IMG/VR virus record: IMGVR_UViG_3300021960_000065
Span: 2,565 to 66,564 of that record
Source: a virus
Lineage: Duplodnaviria; Caudoviricetes
Length of the DNA: 64,000 nt
Strand: one strand, 5' to 3'
This document shows positions 40,136-48,207 of the stretch, piece after piece. The position numbers were made by a program, and so were the translations under genes. Positions within the stretch are counted from its first letter, which is position 1; every line of letters begins with the position of its first letter. A model generated the notes under the pieces. It was not told the origin of the DNA, did not search any database, and saw only the letters and a program-made list of their open reading frames with translations.

Positions 40136-40554
40136 CGTTGCCCCCTAAATTTGTTGTAGGTTGCCGCCACTTTCAACGGCAACGAGGAATACCACTTGGC
40201 TAATTTTGGCGTAGCCGAATAGGAACGCACCATAGGCTTGAAGGCTTCATCAATTGCTTTAAGCAATTCATCGGCTTCTTTTCGTGAAACCATCGGCAAA
40301 GGTTGTGCTAAATCGCTGAAAGCCATACGAATAACAACAATTGCCCCGTATGCTTCCTCCGCATATTTCGTGTGCGTTTCCATCCCAAAAGCATCCAAAC
40401 CCTTCGCCCACAGTCGCACCGTTTCCTCCAATGCGTCACAAAGCGTGGAGGTTTGTTCTATGGACAAGATGTTGCTTGGGGTTTCCAAAAGCGACCCATA
40501 TTCCGTGTTTTTCAACATGAGTGCGGGAATGGTTTGGTAGTCTTTGTCACTCAT
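40132..40554 (-). CDS. Hypothetical helical protein
   Basis: Coupled ORF with GGTGA RBS. Confidence 0.6.
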   Translation of the reverse strand: MSDKDYQTIPALMLKNTEYGSLLETPSNILSIEQTSTLCDALEETVRLWAKGLDAFGMETHTKYAEEAYGAIVVIRMAFSDLAQPLPMVSRKEADELLKAIDEAFKPMVRSYSATPKLAKWYSSLPLKVAATYNKFRGQR

Positions 40555-41257
40555 CACCAAGCACCCCCGCATCAGCCAAAGCCTTTCGCATCATTCGCCA
40601 TTCGTCAGGCGACTTCTCGCTAAAGTGAGCCTGTATAACGGTCAGCACATTAACCTGTTGTGAATTTTCAATGTTCTCGGCTGTGCTTAGGTGTTTTGCT
40701 AAGTCGCCAAGTGTGTCACGGACTTCACGGTGCAATTTCACCGCAGCATCCAATCCTTTGTAGTCAAGCATTCCCGTTTCTTCCCGTTCCGCTTGCATCA
40801 AATTGAGGTGATCGTTGAACAACCCATTCAAGCGTTGAAGGTTGCTATCGGTTTGACGAATGGCATCGGCTACACTCGTGATAGCCGTTGGCAACGCTTC
40901 AATTGCCGCCTGTCGCTGAATAACAGGCTGAGTGTGATTTTCCATGTGGTGTGATAAAGCACTTGAAGAAACCTCCAAATCCTCAGCCATTTGGTCTATG
41001 TCAATCAAACGCTCAAGAATGGCGACTTCAATGTTGGCTCGCTCAGGGTGTGTGCAAAGCGGGCAATCGCTATTGCTGTTGTTGTGATATTCACCCGAAT
41101 GTCGCCTCATGTGCCTGTGAGCCGTTCCTTCCGCCCAATCCTGATTACGATCCATGTCTTGAACATCAATCAGCCCAATGCGGATATTCTGTTCCATCGT
41201 GTCACGACTTGGGTGCAAACAGAAGGGGCAATTCCGCCTTGTCTGCCGACCCACCAT
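40547..41257 (-). CDS. Putative terminase small subunit (two CxxCxHP-HTH-HxxxH repeats plus coiled coil)
   Basis: CPFCLHPSR...HMRRH and CPLCTHPER...HMENH; first gene of the block leading to terL. Confidence 0.5.
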   Translation of the reverse strand: MVGRQTRRNCPFCLHPSRDTMEQNIRIGLIDVQDMDRNQDWAEGTAHRHMRRHSGEYHNNSNSDCPLCTHPERANIEVAILERLIDIDQMAEDLEVSSSALSHHMENHTQPVIQRQAAIEALPTAITSVADAIRQTDSNLQRLNGLFNDHLNLMQAEREETGMLDYKGLDAAVKLHREVRDTLGDLAKHLSTAENIENSQQVNVLTVIQAHFSEKSPDEWRMMRKALADAGVLGDE

Positions 41258-41276
41258 GTTTTATGCGAAGGCATTC

Positions 41277-41484
41277 TCATTTATTTGGTTGCCGATGATG
41301 ATAGCAATATCCATTATGGATGGCCTCTTTGCGACACGGCTCACCCGCCCTTGTCACACCTTTACAGCGACCACTATCAAGGAATTCCTTTTTGACAACG
41401 ACCTTTTCTTGTAGTGGTTGGGGTTTTAGAGGCTGTTCCACTTTTGGAGGTTGCCATTGACTCCTGTTCGCCTCAATACCGAAA
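41277..41484 (-). CDS. Small CxxxTxxGxxC...CxxH zinc-finger ORF, start unclear
   Basis: RCKGVTRAGEPCRKEAIHNGYCYHH; only a GTG at 41441 or a +1 shift from the upstream gene could start it. Confidence 0.55.
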
Positions 41485-41721
41485 GGAAGAATACTGACGC
41501 ACAGCCACCGTGAAAGTGAATAACATTCCAAAGAAAAAGCCCATGATTTGACTCGTGGACATTTCCGGGCCTTTCCACATCATAATTAAAAATCCCATAA
41601 GGATAAATGAAATGATGAAGATCATGGTTGCACTTTCAACGAGCATTTTTTGCGGGCTTAACAGATTGACACCTGCACTTGCCCAATTGATTTCAGCCTC
41701 TTTGTTTCGTTCTTCCGCCAT
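41473..41721 (-). CDS. Small membrane protein (2 TM)
   Basis: Two hydrophobic stretches; GAGGTG RBS. Confidence 0.75.
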   Translation of the reverse strand: MAEERNKEAEINWASAGVNLLSPQKMLVESATMIFIISFILMGFLIMMWKGPEMSTSQIMGFFFGMLFTFTVAVRQYSSFRY

Positions 41722-41731
41722 TTGTCACACC

Positions 41732-42391
41732 TCACAGAACCGCAGCACCGCCTAATGCAGCACCCGTTTTCATCATATTGCCCATTCCGCCTTGTTGTTG
41801 CACTTGATTACCAAGCATACCACCGAGAAGGCTTCCAAAGAAGCCGGGTTGATTTTGTTGCATCATACCCCCACCTTGCTGATGAGCCATGAGGAACATT
41901 TGCATTTGCTGTTGGTTTTGGTTGAGAATTTGTTGTGCTTGGGATTGAACCCTTTGGAGTGTCAAGGCCAAATTTTCACTTGAAAGGGTCTGCAATTGAG
42001 AAGGCATCGTGGCTGTGTCCAATTTGATAGCATCGCCTTCTTGTTTGAAATTAACACCTGAAAAGAAGTCTTTCATGCACATGAGCATGATTTCACCCAT
42101 CAATTCCATAATCATCGGCAAATTTTGCGACACAATGAACATGGACATTGGGTCATACATTTGAAGCATTTTGGAGGTTGCCACCACAGGGTCGTTTGCC
42201 GCCTGTTGCATCATTGGATTTTGGGATTGCATCATCATCATAGTTGGATCCATGCCATAGCCACCCATGCCCATGCCCATACCCATGTTGCCCATGCCCA
42301 TGTTGCCCATGCCCATCATGTTGGGTTGTCCCATTTGCCCACCACCAAAAGTGGTTGTGCTGTCCGTTTTATTTCCTCCAAACAATCCCAT
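41732..42391 (-). CDS. Met/Gly/Gln-rich protein with glycine-zipper-like C-terminus
   Basis: MGLFGG start, GNMGM repeats, GFFGSLLGGMLG...GAALGGAAVL. Confidence 0.75.
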   Translation of the reverse strand: MGLFGGNKTDSTTTFGGGQMGQPNMMGMGNMGMGNMGMGMGMGGYGMDPTMMMMQSQNPMMQQAANDPVVATSKMLQMYDPMSMFIVSQNLPMIMELMGEIMLMCMKDFFSGVNFKQEGDAIKLDTATMPSQLQTLSSENLALTLQRVQSQAQQILNQNQQQMQMFLMAHQQGGGMMQQNQPGFFGSLLGGMLGNQVQQQGGMGNMMKTGAALGGAAVL

Positions 42392-42399
42392 GTTATCAC

Positions 42400-43305
42400 C
42401 TATTGCGCGGCCATTTGTTCCTGCATCATCGTGGTATTCACTTGTTGTGGTGCGATGCCCACCATTTGCTGTTGTTGAGCCATTTGTTCCATTTGTAAGG
42501 CTCGCAAATCAAAAGTCACCGTCACCAAATCCGCTACACCTGAAACGGGGTTAGGGTGTTGGGTTAAAGTCACTCCCTTTGAATGCTGTGCGTCCTGTTG
42601 AATCATGTTGAAAAATTCAGCGTATTTCAACAACGACTCAGGGGTTGAACGGTTTTGTGCCTTAGACGAACCCGAAAAACCCGGCACACGCATGAAGCGT
42701 GTTCCCTTTGATACCTTTGAGAATCCTTCTTGTTCAAGGGTGTGTTCTTCAATCATGCACCGAAGGGTGTGATAAATGTGCAAATGTGCAGGGCAAAGTG
42801 TGCTTGACATTTCATCCCCGTGATCGCCATGCGTGCGTGCGTGAGGCTTTCGTGCCTGTTGAGTTTCCTCATCAAACCAATAAATGTCAGCCAACGATAA
42901 TCCTGTTCGCTCATCGCTAATGTGGTGATAGGCGTTATCGCCCTCAAGGAAACGCCTTACATCCACACCACAACAGGCACACTCGTGTGCTGCATTGTAG
43001 CGATACACCTTGAACAAACCCAAATTGTAATTTGGTGGTCGGAGAGCCTTGCGAAGCATTTTGATGTTTTTCTTTCGTGCCTTTACGGGGTTCTTGGGGT
43101 TGGTAATCAATTTGATTTCAACCGTAGGGATGACAATTTCTTGATCCATACCTGCGCCCTGTGACCCTGACGAAGCCATTTCAGCCCGTTGCTGTGCCTT
43201 GAGGAATTCAAAAGCGATACCCGTTTGGGATGAAAGGGTTCTCAAATCGGCATCCGATAACCCGTTAAGCGACATTCCGCCACGAGCGAATGGGTTCATA
43301 CGCAT
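42400..43305 (-). CDS. Putative zinc-binding protein (probable start MRMNPF)
   Basis: ECACCG...LCPAH; GGAGG RBS before 43305. Confidence 0.65.
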   Translation of the reverse strand: MRMNPFARGGMSLNGLSDADLRTLSSQTGIAFEFLKAQQRAEMASSGSQGAGMDQEIVIPTVEIKLITNPKNPVKARKKNIKMLRKALRPPNYNLGLFKVYRYNAAHECACCGVDVRRFLEGDNAYHHISDERTGLSLADIYWFDEETQQARKPHARTHGDHGDEMSSTLCPAHLHIYHTLRCMIEEHTLEQEGFSKVSKGTRFMRVPGFSGSSKAQNRSTPESLLKYAEFFNMIQQDAQHSKGVTLTQHPNPVSGVADLVTVTFDLRALQMEQMAQQQQMVGIAPQQVNTTMMQEQMAAQ

Positions 43306-43322
43306 AGACTCCCTCCGAACCA

Positions 43323-43336
43323 TGTGAGTCCTAACA
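43323..43336. promoter_or_regulatory. Palindromic operator-like site TGTGAG-TC-CTAACA
   Basis: Same consensus at 62223 and 63055. Confidence 0.45.
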
Positions 43337-43358
43337 TATTCAAAATGGTTTCCCCCCC

Positions 43359-44087
43359 TCACAACATTTGAACCGTGTCATAAATGGCACGCTCAACATT
43401 CAATCCATATTGGGCTGACATAGCCTCAACATTCGTGGCAATTCCCGCTTTACGCAAACGCCTCATTTCCTCTTGAAAAGGCAACACCAAAGGGTGTTGT
43501 CGCTTCATGCCTTCATCCCACATCCTTTGAGAATCAACATCCCACCACAAATCCATTTTGTTCACCAACAAACACACGACCTTTGGTTTGAAAATTTTCG
43601 CCTTTTTCTTCAAATAACGATTGAAAGACTTTGGGTATTTCGTGTTCGTCATAATGTCCACGAGGTATTTCAATCCTCCAACGGCTTCGCCCAACAGGTA
43701 TTGGGATTGCAGGATTCGGTGATCAACAACATAGAAAACAATGCTGATATTTCGCCCAACCATGTCCTCAGCCCACATATTCCAATAACGAGCCTGTCCT
43801 CCGAAGTCAGCGGTGGATATGGGGATTTTTTCACCATTCCATCGCACCTGTTTCTTTGTTGTGTGAGGCATGGTGAATTGTCCATGCTTCATGGCATGTG
43901 TTGTGCGGAGTGCTAACGGTATTGGCTCAATGTCACCCGGCACAGTCAGGTATTGGTCTAAGGTTGTTTTACCCGACATAGACGGGCCATAAACACCGAA
44001 TTTGTGCGGTTTGAGGATTCTGTAAATGTATGACCCCAATTGTGCTGAACCAAGCAACAAATGCCCAACAAACATCCATGACGACAT
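43359..44087 (-). CDS. Ras-superfamily small GTPase, Arf/Sar1-like
   Basis: G1 GPSMSGKT, G2 T in LRTTH, G3 DFGGQ..YW..W, G4 NKMD, G5 SAQ; hydrophobic N-terminal helix. Confidence 0.85.
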   Translation of the reverse strand: MSSWMFVGHLLLGSAQLGSYIYRILKPHKFGVYGPSMSGKTTLDQYLTVPGDIEPIPLALRTTHAMKHGQFTMPHTTKKQVRWNGEKIPISTADFGGQARYWNMWAEDMVGRNISIVFYVVDHRILQSQYLLGEAVGGLKYLVDIMTNTKYPKSFNRYLKKKAKIFKPKVVCLLVNKMDLWWDVDSQRMWDEGMKRQHPLVLPFQEEMRRLRKAGIATNVEAMSAQYGLNVERAIYDTVQML

Positions 44088-44092
44088 TTAAA

Positions 44093-44317
44093 TCACGCAC
44101 CAAACATCCATTCCCATACGGATGTTGGTGTGATTTGCCAAAACGCATCAAGTCCGACCATTACAAGAAACGAAAGCGAAGCACCAACCAAGAAGGCGAG
44201 AATTGCTTTGATTGTCCAAGTCATGCGCTCAAGCCTTCGCTCATAGGCGTTTTCAGCGAGAATACTCGCCATCGCTTCCGCCTGTCTTTCTTGTTGTGTG
44301 TTGAACGGCCAAGCCAT
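44093..44317 (-). CDS. Small membrane protein (1 TM)
   Basis: Hydrophobic segment AILAFLVGASLSFLVMVGL. Confidence 0.7.
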   Translation of the reverse strand: MAWPFNTQQERQAEAMASILAENAYERRLERMTWTIKAILAFLVGASLSFLVMVGLDAFWQITPTSVWEWMFGA

Positions 44318-44330
44318 GATAATGCCTCAG

Positions 44331-44777
44331 TTATTGCTGTTCAGGTTCTTTTTTGGACTCTTCGGTTTGAACGGGAACGGTAAATGTGGTTGATTGTTGT
44401 TGTTGTCCGTAATTGCCGTTGTAAAATTCTTGGTTGCTTGAATACTTTCGCATTCTTCGTGCTTGAAGGCGAGCCTGTTGCGTTTGCCACTTGTCATAAC
44501 GGGATTCTTGAGCGAATTCCGCACGCATAGCGAGGCTATCACGAAGCCCACCCACATGAAACAGCACCATTGACAAACATAGGAAACCGAAAGAAATCAA
44601 ACCGAATTGAAGGCCCAATTCACCCGCACTCGCATCAGGCAAATACCACCCCAAGTGTGATACTCCAACAGCAGTGCCGACCAACAATGATTGCCACAGC
44701 AACATGGCGATCAAGTTAATGTCAATTCGGTTTTCATCCATCGCCCAAGGCGGAACAGGCGGTTTCATTTCTTGCAT
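44331..44777 (-). CDS. Membrane protein (2 TM) with polar C-terminal tail
   Basis: Two hydrophobic segments; GGAGG RBS. Confidence 0.75.
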   Translation of the reverse strand: MQEMKPPVPPWAMDENRIDINLIAMLLWQSLLVGTAVGVSHLGWYLPDASAGELGLQFGLISFGFLCLSMVLFHVGGLRDSLAMRAEFAQESRYDKWQTQQARLQARRMRKYSSNQEFYNGNYGQQQQSTTFTVPVQTEESKKEPEQQ

Positions 44778-44779
44778 CG

Positions 44780-44920
44780 TTAATCATCCTCCTTCTTTTG
44801 TTTGTTGAAATACTCGCTAATGATGTGATTGATGAACGAGGATTTTGACTCACGCCCCCTCGCAGCCTCCATTTTAGCAAATAAATCATCGCTCATCACG
44901 ACTGACACATGACGGCTCAT
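44780..44920 (-). CDS. Ribbon-helix-helix (CopG/Arc-like) regulator, 46 aa (below ORF-track cutoff)
   Basis: MSRHVSVVMSDDLFAKMEAARGRESKSSFINHIISEYF. Confidence 0.75.
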   Translation of the reverse strand: MSRHVSVVMSDDLFAKMEAARGRESKSSFINHIISEYFNKQKKEDD

Positions 44921-44927
44921 GTGTGCT

Positions 44928-44952
44928 TGTCAAGAATGTCAAGCATATCAAG
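44928..44952. promoter_or_regulatory. Three direct repeats T(G/A)TCAAG at 9-bp period; candidate RHH operator overlapping the promoter
   Basis: TGTCAAG-AA-TGTCAAG-CA-TATCAAG immediately upstream of the RHH ATG. Confidence 0.55.
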
Positions 44953-44965
44953 GTTGTGATTATTG

Positions 44966-46039
44966 TCAGCATTTTAGCACAGCCCACCCATGCTCAAAAG
45001 GTGTTTCTGTTTCCTGCGATAAAGTGAAGTCAAATATGTCCGTTTGTTTTTTGTTGTTAGGCACAAAGCGCGAGTGTCCAAATCGTGATAATGTTTCCAA
45101 TGGGTCAAAGCCCTCAATGTTGGTGGCAACCATTTCGGGCATATCACCACGACTTTCAGCCTTTGCGCCCGATTTGTCGGGGCGAATCATTATTTGAGTG
45201 TTTAAGCCCAAGTCAGCATATTTTGACGCAGCATCAGCGGAGTCAAAGGCAACAATTGGCTGACCCTCATTGATGCGTTCATTCAAGGCTGAAAGGTATC
45301 GTTGTATATCGTAATTTTCGGAATATGAAGAAGGTTGATTTTCATAGGGCGGGTCAGAAGCGAGCAAATTGCTTAGGTTAATGTCCCATTCGTTGAGTGC
45401 ATCCGCAGCATCACCTTGACGCAATTCCACATTTTCAAAAATAGGTTGATATTCAAGAAAATTGACATCCTCGCCTCTTTTGAAAGGTGTCAAAGTCCCC
45501 GAAGGTATGTTGTTGTAGCCCGTTGGCATCCGCACCATTCCTTGAAACCCTGTTTTTTTGTTCATGTAATACATTTGAGCCATTTCATATTCTTCTATGG
45601 GTGTCAAAGGAATTCCTTGTTTGATTTTATGCAGGTAATAATTCAAAGAACCCTTTTTGGGCAAATTGCCTTGTTGAATGGCACGCAGGGTTGCACCACG
45701 AACATCCTCACGCCATTTGGCAGGTGTCATGTCACTATCGTATTGGCTAAAAGGAATTGTCAAACCACCTTCGGTATTTTTCAAATGGCGCAGCATATTG
45801 ACGAGTCCTGCGTCATATTCGTTCATTCGCACTTGACCCGTTGGCATCAAACCCTGAACAAATCCACCGGGGCCACTCGCAGGATCGTCTAACCCTGTTG
45901 TTCCTGCCCTTTGTTCAGCCACACGCATGAGAGTGTTGTAGTGTGGTTGGTTTTTATTGCCGGGATGTTTGATGAATGAGGATATGCCTTTTCCTCGCAA
46001 CCAATTCGGATCTCTCCGAAATGCGTTGATGTCCACCAT
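44966..46039 (-). CDS. Dam-like (D12 class) DNA adenine methyltransferase, divergent, with C-terminal tag
   Basis: IKHPGNK, DPASGPGG, MNEYDAGLVN, YMNKKTGFQG, ASDPPY; ends in PFEHGWAVLKC. Confidence 0.7.
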   Translation of the reverse strand: MVDINAFRRDPNWLRGKGISSFIKHPGNKNQPHYNTLMRVAEQRAGTTGLDDPASGPGGFVQGLMPTGQVRMNEYDAGLVNMLRHLKNTEGGLTIPFSQYDSDMTPAKWREDVRGATLRAIQQGNLPKKGSLNYYLHKIKQGIPLTPIEEYEMAQMYYMNKKTGFQGMVRMPTGYNNIPSGTLTPFKRGEDVNFLEYQPIFENVELRQGDAADALNEWDINLSNLLASDPPYENQPSSYSENYDIQRYLSALNERINEGQPIVAFDSADAASKYADLGLNTQIMIRPDKSGAKAESRGDMPEMVATNIEGFDPLETLSRFGHSRFVPNNKKQTDIFDFTLSQETETPFEHGWAVLKC

Positions 46040-48207
46040 CAGTCCTCACCCCTCGCTTCCCGTTCACGCCTTATGCGCTCATCGTTTTCTTTGCGCTTTC
46101 GGTCTTTGATTTCATTGAGTCGGTCTTGAGCCACTTTGCCCAACAACCAATTCAACGGGACTCGCTCTTGTCCCCTATTGAGCCATTCTTCAAAGGTGTT
46201 TGGATTTCGGTCTGTAGTGTTAATGTAGTCTTGTCCTAATTTGTAAAAACCCTTTTTTCCATATTCACTGCCGACTTCTCCGCTGAACAAATCCCCGCCC
46301 CACTTTTTGCCTTTTGGTGCAGGGTCTTGCTTGGGGGTTGTTTGTAATCCCGGCTTCCGCCCTTGCGGTGAAAAATTTGATCTTCCTTGAACATTCAATT
46401 CTTGTTGCATGAAGGCATCAGCAATTGCTCTTGTCACAGGGTCATAGAACGCTTTGTTTTTGGGGACTCTTTTATTCGGAACGGTTTGTTTAGCCGTTTT
46501 TTGCTTGACATAATTCTCGCCCTCGTTGTAATGAAGGCCAATGCCATTTCTTTCAGCCCATCGTTGATATGCGGAGTGTAATTCGGCGGGTATTTCAATT
46601 GCACTCTCCACAGGATATTCACTGTAAGCGTATTTGTTTTCCTTGAATGGCCCTGTGGTTGTGAATGGCGCAAATTCGCCCGTAGCCATCAATTCTTCAA
46701 TTTTTTCATCATACAAAGCCTCTTTTTTTGCTTCAAAATTTTCAAATGCTTCAATATCTTCTGCATCGTAATACGCGCCACCCCTTGCATATCTTGGTTG
46801 TTCACCACCAAAATCCCGATCAACCATTTCGTGAATTTTGGGGGTCATTTCGCTCTCAAGTCTTTCCCTATCCCACATCCTTTTGGGGGTCAAAAAGTCC
46901 TCATCCCGAACCAAGTCGTTTTGTTGAGCGACCATGTTTGCCAAGTGTTGCCTTAATTGCATCCGACCCAATTCCATTCGCACATCTTCGGGCAAATCCA
47001 TTAGGCGTTTGCCTTTTTTGGAGGTTTGAGGCAGTGTGCCGTCATTTGTTTTGAAATGACGCTTAATCGCATCAATTAGGGGTTTGGCGAATTGCGTAGC
47101 CATTTTTACCCTCTCGCCGTGTTGTTCTTCGCGAGCCGTTATTGGATTTAGGTTGAAATCACCCGCTTGCGCCAAAATGTTGTAGGCTTGGCCGATTGCA
47201 GCGTTTATCATGTTCTGTTGAATGCGTGCTTTTGGAGGCATCAAGAGGCGTTTGCTTTCGGGTGCTTCATCGTTTTGTGGTGGCTCACCCATCAATTCAC
47301 GCAACGCCTTCGTTCTTCGCCCCCAACCCAATTTGGGCGACAATTGATTGGCTATTTGCTTACCGCTAATCGGTTCAGGAACACCCGCCTTTTTCTGTTC
47401 TCGCTCAACCATTTGTAGGTATTTGCGTTTAGCCGATTGGGGAACATCAGGGTGATGTAGCCATCTGCCCGCTACATAGCCGGGATGAAAGGGGTATTCT
47501 GTCGTATATGCCGCCATTTCATGCCCGGCACTCCTAATGTCACGACTTCGGCTTGGATTTTGAAAAGCCATCAAATTTGGCAGTGAACCTTCTTTCAACC
47601 ATGAACGGAGTGCATTAGGGTTGTCCAAAAGGAAACCTGCTTGTGATTCATACGGAAAATTTACCTGCATCCACCTTTCATCTTCGGGAAGGTTTTCTCT
47701 TACACGCCTTTCTTGTCGGCTTTGTAGCCGAGAGGGATAAAGTGGGTCATTCGTAGTGTCGTGTCCCCATTCGTATGTGTTTGTAAATTGGTTGTGCGAC
47801 AAATCCGAAAGGTCATATAAACCCTCTATTTCACTGTGTGTGGCTTCATGTCCTGATTCGTGTTTATCGGTGTCAATGATGTCTTGAGCCATGACATCAT
47901 CCCGCTTCGCATCAAGTGCGGGTATGCGCCGTCCTTTTGCATCCAAAACAGGAAAACCAAATTTCGCCTCTGTGCCTTCTCGTGGTGGTTCTCTCTCCCA
48001 CTTTGAACCACTTACGGGTTTGGGTAAAGTGCGCCATCCTTGCCCCCTTCCAAATGGTGCAAGGAATGTTGTTGCGGTGTTTTTGGAGGGGTGATATAAA
48101 CCCAAATAATCCCCTTCGCGATCTTCACTGTTGGGGTGCATTTGAAAATCACTCTCTTTGATAACAGCATCCCACCCCGCTTCAAGAGCGTCAATGTCTG
48201 CCATCAC
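46039..48207 (-). CDS. Tagged protein with HExxH zincin-like motif
   Basis: ALEAGWDAVIK|E; HESGHEATH; HEMAAYTTE. Confidence 0.65.
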   Translation of the reverse strand: MMADIDALEAGWDAVIKESDFQMHPNSEDREGDYLGLYHPSKNTATTFLAPFGRGQGWRTLPKPVSGSKWEREPPREGTEAKFGFPVLDAKGRRIPALDAKRDDVMAQDIIDTDKHESGHEATHSEIEGLYDLSDLSHNQFTNTYEWGHDTTNDPLYPSRLQSRQERRVRENLPEDERWMQVNFPYESQAGFLLDNPNALRSWLKEGSLPNLMAFQNPSRSRDIRSAGHEMAAYTTEYPFHPGYVAGRWLHHPDVPQSAKRKYLQMVEREQKKAGVPEPISGKQIANQLSPKLGWGRRTKALRELMGEPPQNDEAPESKRLLMPPKARIQQNMINAAIGQAYNILAQAGDFNLNPITAREEQHGERVKMATQFAKPLIDAIKRHFKTNDGTLPQTSKKGKRLMDLPEDVRMELGRMQLRQHLANMVAQQNDLVRDEDFLTPKRMWDRERLESEMTPKIHEMVDRDFGGEQPRYARGGAYYDAEDIEAFENFEAKKEALYDEKIEELMATGEFAPFTTTGPFKENKYAYSEYPVESAIEIPAELHSAYQRWAERNGIGLHYNEGENYVKQKTAKQTVPNKRVPKNKAFYDPVTRAIADAFMQQELNVQGRSNFSPQGRKPGLQTTPKQDPAPKGKKWGGDLFSGEVGSEYGKKGFYKLGQDYINTTDRNPNTFEEWLNRGQERVPLNWLLGKVAQDRLNEIKDRKRKENDERIRREREARGED

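Noticed and set aside
42251-42325. Tandem DNA repeats (also 34549-34635)
   Set aside because: They simply encode GNMGM and PAP/SVPLP low-complexity peptides.
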